In this document: positions 39,223-39,748 of the stretch, piece by piece
Numbering within the stretch: the stretch's first letter is position 1
Layout: every line of letters starts with the position of its first letter
Virus record (IMG/VR): IMGVR_UViG_3300033182_000047
Span: 1-39,748 of that record
Reading direction: 5' to 3' (one strand)
DNA: 39,748 nt
Source of the DNA: a virus
Notes under the pieces: model-generated
The model's database searches: none
What the model was told of the DNA's origin: nothing
Seen by the model: the letters and a program-made list of their open reading frames with translations, nothing else
Translations under genes and position numbers: made by a program

Positions 39223-39371
39223 TGGAAATTGACTATATCTATATTGACGAAAACGGCCTGAAAGTAACACGTTTAAAGCCACAAAAGACTGTTGAAGAAT
39301 ACCGCGCTCATAGTGGTGGCTTATTCGATGATGATCTGATAGAATCTATTGACGATTTAACGGGAGAATAA
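39222..39371 (+). CDS. 49-aa acidic protein (GTG start) ...FDDDLIESIDDLTGE (not in track)
   Basis: Translated by hand. GTG 39222 overlaps the previous stop (TAGTG) and follows a gagga RBS. Stop lies in GGGAGAATAATAATG just before ATG 39374. Confidence 0.5.
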   Translation: MEIDYIYIDENGLKVTRLKPQKTVEEYRAHSGGLFDDDLIESIDDLTGE

Positions 39372-39373
39372 TA

Positions 39374-39748
39374 ATGCAAATCAAAATCAGCAAAATGAGC
39401 GGGAAATTACACGGCATTGGTGCGATTAACACCGATACAACCACCAATGAGTTTTGTATCCGCCAGAAAGAAACCGACACAATTTGCGGTAAATGCTACT
39501 CACACAAAATGCTTTCAACGTATCGCAAGTCTTGTGTACCAGCCTTTCAACACAATTCTAAACTCATGTCTGAATTGATAGACTGGGATTTATTACCGGT
39601 AATTAATCAAGCATATTTCCGCTTTAATGGTCATGGGGAATTAATCAACATGGCACACTTTCAAAACATCGTAAATATTGCGCGGAAAAATCCTCATTGT
39701 AACTTCGCATTGTGGACTAAAAGAGCGTCAATTGTTCGCCAGTTTAAA
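39374..39748 (+). CDS. GP88-like Cys-rich early protein, N-terminal part (continues at base 113 of the circular map; see 2..322)
   Basis: ATG 39374 after RBS gggaga. Reading frame runs off the window end and is continuous with 14..322. Confidence 0.7.
   Translation, partial: MQIKISKMSGKLHGIGAINTDTTTNEFCIRQKETDTICGKCYSHKMLSTYRKSCVPAFQHNSKLMSELIDWDLLPVINQAYFRFNGHGELINMAHFQNIVNIARKNPHCNFALWTKRASIVRQFK
39637..39748. repeat. Right copy of the exact 112-bp end duplication
   Basis: Identical to 1..112. Confidence 0.95.

Noticed and set aside
1-39748. Lysogeny module (integrase, repressor, attP) or plasmid-prophage partition genes
   Set aside because: No tyrosine/serine recombinase motifs, CI/Cro-like HTH pair or ParAB-like genes are recognisable in any frame. 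The phage is probably virulent, but that rests on absence of evidence only.

Overview
This window is one complete tailed-phage genome. Bases 1-112 are repeated exactly at 39637-39748, so the unique sequence is 39636 bp. The record is either a circularly closed assembly or carries a short terminal repeat. One gene (GP88-like, 39374..39748 plus 2..322) is split by the window edges. The genome has two arms. The plus-strand early/DNA-metabolism arm starts at a near-consensus sigma70-type promoter at 38946, crosses the junction and ends near 10030. It encodes tiny membrane peptides, a run of small acidic proteins joined by an identical GGAGAATAAAATG stop/start junction, a DnaB/gp4-like helicase, an Hjc-like resolvase and a Rad52-like annealing protein. 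It also encodes a single-subunit (class II-like) ribonucleotide reductase, DUF3310-like and DUF968/HNH-like proteins, a PD-(D/E)XK exonuclease, and a T5orf172 + PD-(D/E)XK pair. The minus-strand late arm runs from 38597 down to 9888 (about 28.7 kb) with almost no intergenic space and many ATGA/TAATG overlaps. It encodes a 532-aa ORFan, terS, terL, portal, scaffold, an SU10/BPP-1-type major capsid protein, and adaptor-like and small beta-rich proteins. It continues with at least five fibre-like proteins (two are tandem glycine-rich paralogues), a large tail protein and a block of internal/ejection-type proteins, one ending in a peptidase-S74 chaperone domain. It ends in a cluster of small membrane, signal-peptide and lipoprotein genes. 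I recognise no tRNA, rRNA, CRISPR array, integrase/repressor, DNA polymerase, primase or RNA polymerase. All family calls come from motifs recognised by eye; no searches were run. The best leads are: (1) a promoter, GC-rich leader and intrinsic terminator placed in front of the whole late operon; (2) the glycine-rich fibre paralogues, whose shared C-terminal domain is conserved in protein but heavily diverged at synonymous sites; (3) a lysis-position cluster with no recognisable endolysin and a glycine-zipper lipoprotein overlapped by a 31-codon TM ORF; (4) the early acidic-protein cassette, the consensus promoter array and one probable leaderless gene.
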